This document shows, piece after piece, positions 27,921-37,505 of a DNA stretch of 38,864 nt. The position numbers were made by a program, and so were the translations under genes. The notes beneath the pieces are model-generated. The model was not told the DNA's origin, ran no database searches, and worked only from the letters and a program-made list of their open reading frames with translations. Positions within the stretch are counted from its first letter, which is position 1, and each line of letters opens with the position of its first letter. This DNA is from Methanothrix sp. Its GTDB lineage: Archaea; Halobacteriota; Methanosarcinia; Methanotrichales; Methanotrichaceae. The DNA lies in NCBI GenBank assembly GCA_040770465.1, contig JAXGJB010000027.1:1-38864 (forward strand), written 5' to 3'.

Positions 27921-28020
27921 GTAAAAGCATCTGTATATCATATAGAGGTCGGAAATCCGCTTGAGCATTCAGGCACTTTTTCATCGAGAAAAAAGCGCTC
28001 CAGAAACTGCTTCTGGACCG

Positions 28021-28422
28021 CTACAACCGCGTTGATTTCGAACTTTGATCTGATCTTCTTGCCGAAACAATCCTGTTGGTTATCCCCCTCGCCAGAGAAT
28101 ATGGAACGCTGAGGAGGAATACGCCGACAATAATCGCCGGGATGACGCGCACTTGATCGAAGATTAGGTGTTGAGCGATCATGTCGAAGACGGTCGCTAT
28201 GACGATCGTCTTGGAGAGAGACTTGAGAACTCCGGCAAGTTTGGCTCTTCGGTTATCGCGGTCGACGATCAAATCGATGATAAACGGCGGTTCGCCTGCC
28301 TTTGCATCCATCGCGCCGTCGCGTATCCCCAGCAGCACCGCTACCAGTGGTTGAAAGACGAATCGAAGGCTCATAGGTCCGACGAGGCGCGCTATGACAT
28401 TTTCGGCGACGGTATCAAGCAA
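28021..28422 (-). CDS. Hypothetical membrane protein
   Basis: 133 aa with three hydrophobic segments; GPMSLRFVFQP...GIRDG. Confidence 0.8.
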   Translation of the reverse strand: MLDTVAENVIARLVGPMSLRFVFQPLVAVLLGIRDGAMDAKAGEPPFIIDLIVDRDNRRAKLAGVLKSLSKTIVIATVFDMIAQHLIFDQVRVIPAIIVGVFLLSVPYSLARGITNRIVSARRSDQSSKSTRL

Positions 28423-28902
28423 TGAGGACGTGCTTTCCCCTCCGTCTTTGGCGTATATACGTGTTTAGCTGGCTGGGCCTGGCCCACGATCATGCAAGAT
28501 CTTCAGTTTTCAGAGGGATTTAATTAGGTTCGGGCATATAAACTGGCGATCCCCAGACGATGAGTGCCAAACTCGAAGGCGATAAGCTCTCGATCCCCGA
28601 AATGATCGTACAAAACATTCATGATCCTACCGGGATCATGCACAAAGGATGAAGAACGATTTCGTGCGACACTTTTTCATGTGAAGCCTGATCTTCGTCG
28701 ACTCTAATTGAAAACGTTAAGGTAAAATCACCCAAGGAACACTAACCTGCAGAAAATCGAAGTTCTCCGGATGATGAATCATCCGGCAATATCGAATCAT
28801 CGGTGATCGGATCATACAGGGTGATCGGATCAACAGGTGGCGAATATCATCAGGCGGACAAAATCATACTTGCGGCTTGGAGGGTTTAGGAGGGTTTGCG
28901 AG

Positions 28903-29751
28903 ATGGTCAAGGTGGGAGTGCACGTCTCCATCGCGGGCTCCATTGATCTTGCGGTGGACAGGGCAGAAGAGAGAGGATGCGACACGTTCCAGATATTCTC
29001 TCGAAACCCCCGGGGGTGGAGGTTCAAGGAGATCTCCGAGGATGTGGCTGAGGAGTTTCGAAGAAAGCTGAAACGCTCCGGCATCAACCCGGCCGTCGAC
29101 CACATGCCGTATCTGCCAAACCTGGCCACGCCCAAGGAGGAGGTATACGCCAAATCGGTGGAAGCCCTGGCTGTGGAGCTCGAAAGGTGCGACACGCTTG
29201 GGATACCATACCTGGTCACCCACCTTGGAAGCCACCTGGACTCCGGCAAGGAGGCGGGGTTCAGGAGGACGGCCGAGGCGATCATAAAAGCCCTCTCTTC
29301 CGCCGAAAACGACGTCATCCTCCTTCTGGAAACGACCTCCGACTCCAAAAACAGCGTTGGAGGCTCCTTCGAGGACCTGGCGGAGATCATGAGGAGGGTG
29401 GACCGGGACGATCGGGTCGGAGCCTGCTTTGATACGTGTCACGCCTTCGTGGCGGGATATGATTTGAGGTCAGAGGTGGGGGTGGAGGAGACGATGGAGA
29501 ATTTCGACGGTGCGATCGGCCTATCAAGGCTGAAGGTCGTTCATCTCAACGACTCAAAAGGCCCCCTCGGATCGAAGCTGGACCGCCACGAACACATCGG
29601 CCTGGGGGAGATCGGTGAGGAGGGGTTCAGGCGGATCCTGAGCCATCCGGCCATAAGAGGGTGCCCCCTAATCCTGGAGACCCCGGTGGACGATCGGAGG
29701 GACGATCGGGGGAACATCGCGAAGGTCCGAGATCTGGCGGGAGAGGGATAA
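28903..29751 (+). CDS. nfo: Endonuclease IV
   Basis: GVHVSIAG, FQIFSRNPRGW, HMPYLPNLA, DTCHAF, HLNDSK, DRHEHIG, ILETP. Confidence 0.96.
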   Translation: MVKVGVHVSIAGSIDLAVDRAEERGCDTFQIFSRNPRGWRFKEISEDVAEEFRRKLKRSGINPAVDHMPYLPNLATPKEEVYAKSVEALAVELERCDTLGIPYLVTHLGSHLDSGKEAGFRRTAEAIIKALSSAENDVILLLETTSDSKNSVGGSFEDLAEIMRRVDRDDRVGACFDTCHAFVAGYDLRSEVGVEETMENFDGAIGLSRLKVVHLNDSKGPLGSKLDRHEHIGLGEIGEEGFRRILSHPAIRGCPLILETPVDDRRDDRGNIAKVRDLAGEG

Positions 29752-29752
29752 G

Positions 29753-30466
29753 ATGGGGCTTTTCGCGAGAGGGGCGGCAGGCGACGTCGCCATCGTCGCG
29801 ATCCTCGCTGCCTACGGCACCCTGGTCCTCGCGACCCTCTGGGACCGTCCCTACATCGCAGCCCTCCTCATGGTGCCGCCGCCGATCATCCTCGCTTCGA
29901 GGCTCGGCGATCCCCGGAGGGCGGCGGCTTTTGCCCTGACCGGCGCGGTCCTCGGCCCCCTGACGGAGATGGCCTGCGTGGCGGGGGGCCTTTGGACCTA
30001 CGCCGAGACCGGGGGGCTCCCTCTCGTTCCGCCCTGGAACTTTCCCGCCTGGGCCTGCTTTCCCCCGGCCCTCTGGCTTCTTACAGGGGCCGTTCTGAAG
30101 ACGGACGTTCCGGCCGTCTCGGCTCCGAGGACTCTGGCCTTCGCCATGGCGGGTGTGGGGGCGGAGATCGCGGTCTTCGTCTCCTTTGGCATGAACCCGC
30201 CCGCCGCCCTGGCGGGTGGAGCGGTCCTGGCGGCGGCCGTGATCTTCGCCTTCCGAGAGAGGGCTACCTTCTCCATGATGGGTGCCGGCGCCCTTCTAGG
30301 ACCGCTCTGCGAATCGCTTCCGATCTCCGCCGGAGCCTGGTGGTACTCGGCGCCCTCCGACCTGTTCGGGATGCCTGCCTACATGATCCTCGCCTACGCC
30401 ATCTTCGGCGCCCTTCTGGGCCACGCCTCCAGGGCTGCGGGATGGCTTCTGGCAGGAGATGAATAA
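29753..30466 (+). CDS. Membrane protein with an internal duplication (DUF2878-like)
   Basis: Two similar halves: GAVLGPLTEMACVAGGLWTY and GALLGPLCESLPISAGAWWY. Confidence 0.75.
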   Translation: MGLFARGAAGDVAIVAILAAYGTLVLATLWDRPYIAALLMVPPPIILASRLGDPRRAAAFALTGAVLGPLTEMACVAGGLWTYAETGGLPLVPPWNFPAWACFPPALWLLTGAVLKTDVPAVSAPRTLAFAMAGVGAEIAVFVSFGMNPPAALAGGAVLAAAVIFAFRERATFSMMGAGALLGPLCESLPISAGAWWYSAPSDLFGMPAYMILAYAIFGALLGHASRAAGWLLAGDE

Positions 30467-30597
30467 GGGTGAAGGGGAAACGAGACGGGTGAGAGAAAGG
30501 AAGGAAACGAGAGGGGCGAAGGAAAAAAAAGAGCGGGAAGGATTATGGGACGGACCGACGAAAAGAGGTCAAAGAAAATATCGATATCATGCCCCTA

Positions 30598-31041
30598 TCA
30601 GGAGACGTAGCTCAGGGTCAGAAGAAGGTCATCTTCAGATATCGGCTTCAGAAGATATGTGACTGCACCGAGGTCGTAGCTCTTCTGGATGTGCTCGGAT
30701 ATTATGGAGCCTGTCAGCATCACCACCGGTATGCCTCGAAACTCGTGAGTGGCCTTCAGCTGCTCTAAAAGCTCCATGCCGCTCAGGCGGGGAAGTTTGA
30801 TGTCCAGGAGTATCAGGTCGGGAAGGTCTGCGCCCCTCTCCCGAAGGGCCTCCAGGATCTTGAGGGCCTCCTCGGCGTCTCTGGCGAGATGGATGTCCCT
30901 CTCGAGGCATATCCTCCGGAGAAGCCTGCAGGTCAGCTCGGCGTCGTCGGGATTGTCCTCGACGAGCAAAATTTTTAGCTTCTGACAAGGCCTATCTACC
31001 TTCATCCCCGAGCTTTTATCGTCTCGAATCGCCGCCGACAT
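30598..31041 (-). CDS. Stand-alone response regulator receiver (CheY/Rcp1-like)
   Basis: ILLVEDNPDD, PDLILLDIKLPRLSG, VMLTGS, YLLKP; start may be ATG 31005. Confidence 0.93.
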   Translation of the reverse strand: MSAAIRDDKSSGMKVDRPCQKLKILLVEDNPDDAELTCRLLRRICLERDIHLARDAEEALKILEALRERGADLPDLILLDIKLPRLSGMELLEQLKATHEFRGIPVVMLTGSIISEHIQKSYDLGAVTYLLKPISEDDLLLTLSYVS

Positions 31042-31196
31042 CTGTCCAGTTCACCAACTAGACCTGGGATGTCGCCCCTAAAAATACTTTTCCCGTTGGA
31101 CGGAGGACGGAATGTCTGTAATAAAAGTTATTAAATATCAATACATGTTTTTATCAAAAATTATAAAATATGGTGACAGATAGATTGGTTGAGGTT

Positions 31197-32126
31197 TCAG
31201 AACTCGATCCTTTCCGGGGCGCTTCCCCGAGAGAGGAGAGCCACCCTGCTGAGGGGGACGTGGTCTTTGAGGGGGTAGCCCAGGATCTCTGATAGCTCCC
31301 TCGCGAATTCCATCACCTCGTCGTGGCTGGGCATCGAGTCCCGTTCGAGCCTCTTCCTGGAGCTGCCCAGATGCATGTAGGCCTTCACCTCGACGAAGTC
31401 CGGCTCCGCCATCTCGATGAGCTTCGCGTAACCCTGGGGGTCTTTCATGTTCAGGTTCCGGGCCAGGGTGAGCCTAGCCACCGTCCTGGATGGAGACTCT
31501 TTCATCCTCTCCAGGCTCTCCAGAAATCTGCCCCACAGGTTTGAAACGGGGTTTGAGACTTTCAGGTACGTCTCCTCGTCGGGAGCGTTGAGGCTGATGT
31601 AGAGCTGGGTTGGCCTGACCTCTCCGACGACCTCGGGGTTCGTTCCGTTGGTCACCAGAAACGCGGTCATGCCGCGGCGCTTCACCTCCTCGACGAGATC
31701 TCCGATCATCGGGTAGAGGGTCGGCTCTCCCATCAGGGAGATGGCGACGTGAGCGGGGCTCTTCGCCTCTTTTAGCCTCGCCGGATCGGTCGTCTCGGGT
31801 GCGCCGCCGTAGCCGGAGATTAGCCTCTGCTGCTCGAAGAGGACGCCGTCAAGAAGCTTCTCGGGCTCGATCCACTCCCCTGAATCGCGGGGCATCTCGT
31901 CGATGGGCCTCCAACAGTGGAGGCAGCGGTGGTTGCAGAGGAGGGTGGGGGTCATCTGGACGCACCTGTGGCTATTGATGCCGTAAAAGTGGTTCTTGTA
32001 GCACTGGTCGCCGCCGCGGATGCTCCGCCGAAGCCACAGGCAGGGCTTGACCGCGCCGTGGGCCACCAGGTGGTATCCCTGCCTTTTGAGCTTCTCTTTC
32101 GTCGTGGGGGGGAAGGGCTCCGTCAT
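31197..32126 (-). CDS. taw1: 4-demethylwyosine synthase (radical SAM, Taw1/TYW1)
   Basis: CYKNHFYGINSHRCVQMTP, CNHRCLHCWR, ISLMGEPTLYP, EVKAYMHLG. Confidence 0.96.
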   Translation of the reverse strand: MTEPFPPTTKEKLKRQGYHLVAHGAVKPCLWLRRSIRGGDQCYKNHFYGINSHRCVQMTPTLLCNHRCLHCWRPIDEMPRDSGEWIEPEKLLDGVLFEQQRLISGYGGAPETTDPARLKEAKSPAHVAISLMGEPTLYPMIGDLVEEVKRRGMTAFLVTNGTNPEVVGEVRPTQLYISLNAPDEETYLKVSNPVSNLWGRFLESLERMKESPSRTVARLTLARNLNMKDPQGYAKLIEMAEPDFVEVKAYMHLGSSRKRLERDSMPSHDEVMEFARELSEILGYPLKDHVPLSRVALLSRGSAPERIEF

Positions 32127-32247
32127 AACGGGTAGTTGGAGGTGGGCCGGCGGTTATATAGTTAATCGAGGGTAGTTGGGGAGGAGGAATCTCGAAAAAA
32201 GCCTTTTATATTCCTAAAGACCGTCGTAGCAATTTAGAGGGAGATAT

Positions 32248-32973
32248 ATGATCCGAAAAAACCATACGACCGCGTCAGGGATCGCCCTCCTGGTAATCCT
32301 CATCGCCGTTGGGATGTCCCAGGGGGCAGACCTGAAAGTGTGCGAGTGCCAGGCCTGCGGCTGCCAGTACCTCAGCATCCAGGAGGCGATCAACGTATCC
32401 AATCCCGGAGACACCGTCCTGGTGAGGAGCGGAACCTTCCATGGGAACATCAACGTATCAAAGCCGATCGTTCTCAAAGGAGAGCAGTGGCATGGCGGCG
32501 ACTTTCCCCTTATAAGCGCTGATGGGAATGGCAGCTGTATAACCGTGACCGCGGATGGGGCTACGGTGCAGTCGATCAAGGTCACAAACTCCGGAAACGC
32601 GTCCGGCGACGCTGGGATCAGGGTCGTCTCAAATAACACCACCGTCAGAAGCAACACGGCCAGGGAGAACGGCGGCCCGGGGATAATCCTTGAGGGGGCG
32701 AGAAACTGCACCCTGAGCGGCAACAAGGCTGCGAACAACTCCGTTGGGATCTGCCTTTCAAACTCGAGCGACAACCTCCTCTTCAATAACAGGCTCTACA
32801 ACAATACGGAGCTTGACGCTTTCGACGACGGCCAGAACCGCTGGGACGACGGATCCCGGGGCAACTACTACGGCTCCTTCAACTGTACCGACGAGAACAA
32901 CGATACCATCTGCGATCTCGCTTGCAACATCTCGGGAGGCTCAAGCGTCGACGCTCATCCCCTGGTCGGTTGA
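32248..32973 (+). CDS. Secreted NosD/CASH right-handed beta-helix protein
   Basis: Signal peptide; SIQEAIN..PGDTVLVRSGTF, GI.L..SS.N repeats, NRWD...GNYY, DAHPL terminus. Confidence 0.88.
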   Translation: MIRKNHTTASGIALLVILIAVGMSQGADLKVCECQACGCQYLSIQEAINVSNPGDTVLVRSGTFHGNINVSKPIVLKGEQWHGGDFPLISADGNGSCITVTADGATVQSIKVTNSGNASGDAGIRVVSNNTTVRSNTARENGGPGIILEGARNCTLSGNKAANNSVGICLSNSSDNLLFNNRLYNNTELDAFDDGQNRWDDGSRGNYYGSFNCTDENNDTICDLACNISGGSSVDAHPLVG

Positions 32974-33195
32974 AGCCGACCTCAATTCTCTTTTTAGGCC
33001 CTCGATGACAGAAGGGATCGCATCATCCGAAGGCAGAGCAGACCGAGCTCCCAGGCAAAGCTCCCTGGCCCGGACCGCGGGGGCGCTGACGGTCCGTCAA
33101 GGCGGATAATCGGGATAAATGAATGCGCTGCCTCAGCCTTAAGGGAGCACATTTAAATAGTCGTAAGCTTCTAGTCAGAATAACGAGGAATTGAA

Positions 33196-33393
33196 ATGGT
33201 TACTGGCACAGTGAAGTTCTTCAACAGAACGAAGCATTTCGGCTTTATAGCTGGAGACGACGGTACTGACTATTTTGTACACTCAAGCGGTCTGAAGCCG
33301 GGCGTATCCATAGATGAGGGAGATAAGGTCAGCTTTGAAGTGGTGGCCGGCGACAGAGGCCCCAAAGCAGAAAAGGTGGAGAAGACGAAGTAG
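33196..33393 (+). CDS. cspA: Cold-shock domain protein
   Basis: GTVKFFN...FGFI, DYFVHSS, GPKAEKV; ATTTAAATA TATA box at 33151. Confidence 0.95.
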   Translation: MVTGTVKFFNRTKHFGFIAGDDGTDYFVHSSGLKPGVSIDEGDKVSFEVVAGDRGPKAEKVEKTK

Positions 33394-33596
33394 ATCCTTA
33401 TTCTGAAACGGCAAATATTCAACATCATGCGACCGGACAAGGTCCGGCCAATTTTTACTTTCGAACCCATCTTTTCACCCTTCTCGTTTCCGTTTTCAAA
33501 ACCAATCTCTCCTCCCGTTCCGGCCTATCGCGTTCAGTCTTCGCCTCTTTTTACCCCCTGGCCTCCTCCTGCCGTCGATCTCGAGGTGCCCCCCTC

Positions 33597-34349
33597 TCAG
33601 CTCCGCTTCATCTGCCTTCTTCCAAGTCGCCTCTTCATCCAGCGGATCATCTGGCCGACGAAGACCGCAGGCGACGTCCTCCTGCCGTCGATCTCGACTT
33701 TGCCCGCCCGGATAGCTCCGATGACGTCGCCGCCATCTTCGAGATGGACGATGGTGACCCCGAGGCCGACCGCGTCGGCCACGTGGGCGTCGCTTCCCGC
33801 CACCATGGGAAGCCCCAGCCGCTCGGCCTTCCTCCTGGCCCAGAAGTTCGCGATCCCCAGGATGTACTTGGAGTTGTAGACCTCGGCGGCGTCGCAATCC
33901 GGTATACGAAACATGGCGTGCCTGAAGAGGTGGTAGGGGTGGGAGACGATGGCGATCCCGCCCCGGCGGTGGACGAACTCGATCGTCTCCTCGGGGCTTC
34001 GCCCCCTGGGCGGAAGCTCTCTCGTTCCCAGGGCCAGGAGGTGGCCGTCGGAGGTGGAGACCTCGACTCCCGGGATCACCAACAGGTCGAGCTTTCTCTC
34101 CTGCACGATCCTCTCGGCCAGAAAGGCGCCCTCGAGGGTGTCGTGGTCGGTGATGGCGATGCCGTCGAGGCCTTTCTCGACGGCGGCCGCCAGGATAGCT
34201 TCGATCCCGTCTCTGCCGTCAGAAAAGCTCGAATGGACGTGGAGGTCGAACCGGAGGGGGCGGGTCTTTGTTCCGTTCTTTGATCGGATCTCGTCCTTGC
34301 CTTTCGCATTCTTGTGACGTTTATCCTCGCCATCGCCCTTCTGTCCCAG
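33597..34349 (-). CDS. PHP-domain phosphoesterase (probable CTG start)
   Basis: In-frame extension above 34106 contains FDLHVHS..SDG and AITDHDT; downstream GVEVST, HPY, GSDAH. Confidence 0.9.
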   Translation of the reverse strand: MGQKGDGEDKRHKNAKGKDEIRSKNGTKTRPLRFDLHVHSSFSDGRDGIEAILAAAVEKGLDGIAITDHDTLEGAFLAERIVQERKLDLLVIPGVEVSTSDGHLLALGTRELPPRGRSPEETIEFVHRRGGIAIVSHPYHLFRHAMFRIPDCDAAEVYNSKYILGIANFWARRKAERLGLPMVAGSDAHVADAVGLGVTIVHLEDGGDVIGAIRAGKVEIDGRRTSPAVFVGQMIRWMKRRLGRRQMKRS

Positions 34350-34351
34350 CT

Positions 34352-35605
34352 TCAGACCTCCCTTGGGTCTGTGATCGTCCCATAGACGGCAGTCGCCGCG
34401 GCGGTGGCGGGGGATGCCAGGTAGACGAGGCCGCCCTTCCCCATCCTTCCGGGGAAGTTCCTGTTGGCGGTGGAGAGGCAGACCTCCCCCTCAGCGATTA
34501 CCCCCATATGAGCGCCCAGGCACGGGCCGCATCCAGGCGTTCCGATCATCGCCCCGGCCCTCACCAGGGTCTCGATGATCCCCGAGGCTAGGGCCCTGAG
34601 GAGGACATCTTTCGAAGCGGGGATGACCAGAGTCCTCGCCCTGACCGTCCTCCCTTTGAGGATGCTGGCTGCGACCTCCAGGTCCTCGTACCGGCCGTTG
34701 GTGCAGGTACCGATGAATACCTGGTCCACCTCGGTTCCCGAGAGATCGGAGACGGGCCGGACGTTGTCGACCCTGAAGGGCGCTGCCACCACTGGCTCCA
34801 GATCCGATACATCAAACTCCATCTCCGAGTCGCGGGATTCGGGGTCGGAGAAGACCGGATGGCAGGGCTCTTTCGCCCTCCCGTTCAGGAACTCTTCTGT
34901 GACGGCGTCGGGGGGGACGATGGCGGCCTTCGCCCCCATCTCGACCCCCATGTTGCAGAGGGTCATCCTCCCCGCTATGGAGAGAGACTCGATCGTCTCG
35001 CCGACGTATTCGAGGGCCTTGTAGGTGGCGCCGTCGGCCCCGATCGCCCCGACGAGCATGAGGGTCAGGTCTTTTGCGAGGACCCGTCGTCCCAGCTTTC
35101 CTGATACCCTTATCCCGATCGTCTCGGGGACCTTGAACCAGAGCCGGCCCCGTGAATAGATCTCCGCCATGTCCGTCGCCCCGACCCCGGTACCGAAGGC
35201 GCCGAAGGCGCCGTAGGTGCAGGAGTGGGAGTCGGCTCCCACCAGCAGCGTCCCCGGCAGGGCGAACCCCTCTTCGGGGAAGACCTGGTGGCAGATCCCG
35301 CGCCCCCCCTCGTAGAAGTGGACGATCCCCTGATCTTTCGCCCAGGACCGGACCTCCCTCTGGAGGTCGGCGGCGGTGGTGTTGTTTGCAGGAACGATGT
35401 GGTCGAAGGGGACGACTATCCTTTCTGGGTCAAAGACCCGCACAGACCCCATCTCCCGAAAGGCTTTGATGGCGAGGACGCTCGTCCCGTCATGGGACAT
35501 GGCATAGTCCACCTTCGCCTCGACGATCTCTCCCGCCTCGGCCCGTTTGCCGGAGGCGCGACTGAATATCTTCTCGCTGATGGTAGCCAAGGTCAACCGC
35601 TCCAT
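34352..35605 (-). CDS. 3-isopropylmalate dehydratase/homoaconitase large subunit (LeuC/HacA/AksD family)
   Basis: [44 protein letters not shown]. Confidence 0.94.
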   Translation of the reverse strand: MERLTLATISEKIFSRASGKRAEAGEIVEAKVDYAMSHDGTSVLAIKAFREMGSVRVFDPERIVVPFDHIVPANNTTAADLQREVRSWAKDQGIVHFYEGGRGICHQVFPEEGFALPGTLLVGADSHSCTYGAFGAFGTGVGATDMAEIYSRGRLWFKVPETIGIRVSGKLGRRVLAKDLTLMLVGAIGADGATYKALEYVGETIESLSIAGRMTLCNMGVEMGAKAAIVPPDAVTEEFLNGRAKEPCHPVFSDPESRDSEMEFDVSDLEPVVAAPFRVDNVRPVSDLSGTEVDQVFIGTCTNGRYEDLEVAASILKGRTVRARTLVIPASKDVLLRALASGIIETLVRAGAMIGTPGCGPCLGAHMGVIAEGEVCLSTANRNFPGRMGKGGLVYLASPATAAATAVYGTITDPREV

Positions 35606-35657
35606 AAAATAGGGGCCGGCTGGAGGGACCGGCCCGGTATTCGTCTCTCAGCCCGCC

Positions 35658-37505
35658 TCACTCGAACTCTGGGAGCATGTAGGCGATATCGTCCTGGGGG
35701 TGGCGGTAGAGCCTCGATTCGAGCCTCTTTTGGTCCAGGATGTGGCCGATGATCCCTATGCTCCTTCCGAGGGCGAATAGGCCGTTGAGATAGCCGTACG
35801 TTATGACGTCCTGGACGTCCTTCTCGTCGAAGACCCCGCAGGAGCCCATCAGGTCCAAGAAGAGGATCCCTATGCAGCCGTCGACGTTCAGGATAAGGTT
35901 TCCCTTCTTGGAGGTGGTGATCTCCTGGACCTGCAGGGCGTAGTCGAGGAGGTCGGTCCGCTCGAAGTTCTCTTTTGCGTAGCTTATGAGAAGCTCGACC
36001 CTCTTGTCGGGGTTTTTGACGCTCTTGATCCTGTGGCCGATCCCGGGGATGTTGATCCCCGCGGCCTTCATCTGGCTTACGAACTGTTCGGGGGTGAGCC
36101 CCGAGTCGCGAGCCCGCTTGAACTCCCGAGCGGCGTCGTCTATCGCCCCGCCGAACCTCGGCCCGATGGTCAATAGGCCGCTCGCCAGGGACGATATGAG
36201 ATCTTTTCCGGCGCAGGAGGCGACGATGGCGTTGTGGGCCGCCGAGACCGCGGGGCCGTGGTCTGCCACGATCTGGAGGACGAGCTCGATGAACTTTGCG
36301 GCGCAGGGAGGTATCTCCTTTTTGAACCAGAGAAGGCCGATTACCCCGCCGATCCCCATCCTGTCGTCCATCACGCGGCTGAGGGGCTTTCCTGCGTAGA
36401 GGACCTCCTCGCCCCGGTCGTCGGATATGGTGCAGATGAGGTTAGTCGCCTTCCGGACGGCCCCCTCGGAGACGGCCTTTGCAAAGTCCGCGGGGATCTT
36501 TGGGATCTCGGGCTCTTCAGGATCTCTCACCTTCCCTTCGGCCAACAGCTTCTCGTAGACCCGCTTTATCTCATCGCCGTAGCTGTCGAAAGATTCGGGG
36601 ACGATGGCTCCCGCCTCTTTGAGGGCGCGGTTCTTGGCGTCGGCGGTCTCAACGTCGGTCTGGGCCTTGGCTCCGGCGTGGCCGAACTGGACGCTGGAGG
36701 GGAGGATCTTGGAGCAGGTTCCCGTAACCCAGATCACCAGGGGCTTTTTGATCTTCCCCTCCACCAGGGCCTCGACGATCCGATACTCGTCGGTCCCTCC
36801 CACCTCGCCGAGGACGGCGATGATGGCGACCTCGGGGTTCGCTTCGAACCGGAGGATGTGGTCCATGAGGTTGCTGCCGGGGTAGCGGTCGCCGCCGATG
36901 GCGATCCCCTCGACGACGCCGCTGGAGTTCCTAGCGATGATGTTGAAGGCCTCGTTGAGCATCCCGCCGGACTTGGAGACGAAGCCGACGCATCCGGGCC
37001 GGTAGAGCTTCGACTCGATGATGTTCTCGATGGTGCCGGCGGTGTTTCCGATCCTGAAGGCTCCGGCGGCAAGCCCGCCGACGGTGGAGGGGCCGATGAT
37101 CGTCTTATTCATCATCTTCGCGGTGGCGGCCATCACCCTCGACATCCTCTCGGGGACGCCCTCGGCGATTATCGCCACCGTCTTTATGCTAGGCTGGGCG
37201 AGGGCCTCCATGGTGGTGTCGAAGGCGGACCGATAGGAGGCGAAGTTGACGACCACGTCCACCGAGGGGTGGTCGGCCACGGCGTCGGGGATCGTATTGT
37301 ACATGGGAAGGAGGATCTCCTGGGTCCCCCAGAAGACCTTGTGGATGCCGGAGCGGCCGGGGTTGATGATGGCGGCGACGCTGGGAACTTTTCTTCCGCA
37401 GAGGTAGTCGAAGTCGAGCATCCTCTGGATCGCGTTGACCTGGAATCCGTAGACGAAGGCTCGGGTGTTCTTGTCAAAAAGCGTGTACTCCTTCATCGTC
37501 ATCAC
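35658..37505 (-). CDS. aclA: ATP-citrate lyase alpha subunit
   Basis: QRMLDFDY, SKSGGM, QFGHAGA phosphohistidine loop, ADHGPAVS, TIGPRFGGA, IPGIGHRIKS, NVDG. Confidence 0.95.
   Translation of the reverse strand: MMTMKEYTLFDKNTRAFVYGFQVNAIQRMLDFDYLCGRKVPSVAAIINPGRSGIHKVFWGTQEILLPMYNTIPDAVADHPSVDVVVNFASYRSAFDTTMEALAQPSIKTVAIIAEGVPERMSRVMAATAKMMNKTIIGPSTVGGLAAGAFRIGNTAGTIENIIESKLYRPGCVGFVSKSGGMLNEAFNIIARNSSGVVEGIAIGGDRYPGSNLMDHILRFEANPEVAIIAVLGEVGGTDEYRIVEALVEGKIKKPLVIWVTGTCSKILPSSVQFGHAGAKAQTDVETADAKNRALKEAGAIVPESFDSYGDEIKRVYEKLLAEGKVRDPEEPEIPKIPADFAKAVSEGAVRKATNLICTISDDRGEEVLYAGKPLSRVMDDRMGIGGVIGLLWFKKEIPPCAAKFIELVLQIVADHGPAVSAAHNAIVASCAGKDLISSLASGLLTIGPRFGGAIDDAAREFKRARDSGLTPEQFVSQMKAAGINIPGIGHRIKSVKNPDKRVELLISYAKENFERTDLLDYALQVQEITTSKKGNLILNVDGCIGILFLDLMGSCGVFDEKDVQDVITYGYLNGLFALGRSIGIIGHILDQKRLESRLYRHPQDDIAYMLPEFE

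Noticed and set aside
26870-27984. Short Arg/Pro/Ala-rich ORFs in the structured region
   Set aside because: They overlap each other on both strands, lack SD sites and motifs, and the frame is not preserved between the homologous elements; a small peptide is not fully excluded
30459-30662. 67-aa basic ORF after the membrane protein
   Set aside because: It derives from a purine-rich tract that is probably the pyrimidine-rich terminator region of the convergent receiver gene, which it overlaps
33040-33100. Two GC hairpins (CCAGG/CCTGG, CGGACCG/CGGTCCG) upstream of the cold-shock gene as a thermosensor leader
   Set aside because: They lie upstream of the likely TATA box (33151), so they would not be in the csp mRNA
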